This document shows, one piece after another, positions 63,847-64,000 of a DNA stretch of 64,000 nucleotides (positions are counted from its first letter, which is position 1; each line of letters starts with the position of its first letter). The position numbers and the translations under genes are program-made. The notes beneath the pieces are model-generated. The model had not been told where the DNA came from. It saw only the letters and a program-made list of their open reading frames with translations, and searched no databases. The stretch comes from a virus. Lineage: Duplodnaviria; Heunggongvirae; Uroviricota; Caudoviricetes. Location of the stretch: positions 45,443-109,442 of IMG/VR virus record IMGVR_UViG_2595698871_000001; one strand, 5' to 3'.

Positions 63847-64000
63847 ATGACCCTGATCGTCAAGATCATGTCGGACGAGAACCTGCCCGACACCGACCCC
63901 TCCAAGCGCTTCTCGCTTTATGCCGGGGTGAAGTCCTTCCATCCGATCGTCCAGGAGCCCGAGGTGGCGGGTGGCAAGCCCTACTGCTACCTGCGGCTCT
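63847..64000 (+). CDS. Hypothetical protein, 3'-truncated
   Basis: AGGAG RBS, ATG 63847, frame open to the window end. Confidence 0.7.
   Translation, partial: MTLIVKIMSDENLPDTDPSKRFSLYAGVKSFHPIVQEPEVAGGKPYCYLRL

Overview
High-GC segment of a large siphophage. Gene order and content point to a phiCbK-like Caulobacter phage (inferred; no database search was possible). Layout: 1-2970 putative virion genes; 3024-7475 a cluster of 31 tRNA genes separated by structured non-coding spacers; 8067-33039 PhoH, neck, tail tube, frameshifted chaperone, tape measure, tail tip and fibres; 33193-35199 lysis cassette; 35588-55973 minus-strand replication and nucleotide module (CI-like regulator, dUTPase, NrdB-glutaredoxin, intein-containing NrdA, ThyX, kinase, helicase, nucleases, T7-like DNA polymerase, two methyltransferases); 56004-58070 an RNA island; 58138-60831 a cadherin-repeat protein; then a SNF2 helicase. 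The most unusual content is RNA. (1) A ~650-nt ORF-less, helix-rich unit with its own promoter and terminator, plus several 180-320 nt structured elements. (2) A circularly permuted two-piece tmRNA with tag ANDNAPFAVREAIAA and a 104-nt structured intervening segment. (3) Atypical tRNAs: four with a miniature D-arm, four non-Ser/Leu/Tyr tRNAs with long variable arms, one lacking a D-arm. Counting these, the 34 tRNAs carry anticodons for all 20 amino acids. About 15 promoters carry a conserved GTCGTGAATC element (a GANTC site) abutting or inside the -35 region. All folds and product calls were made by eye and need computational confirmation.
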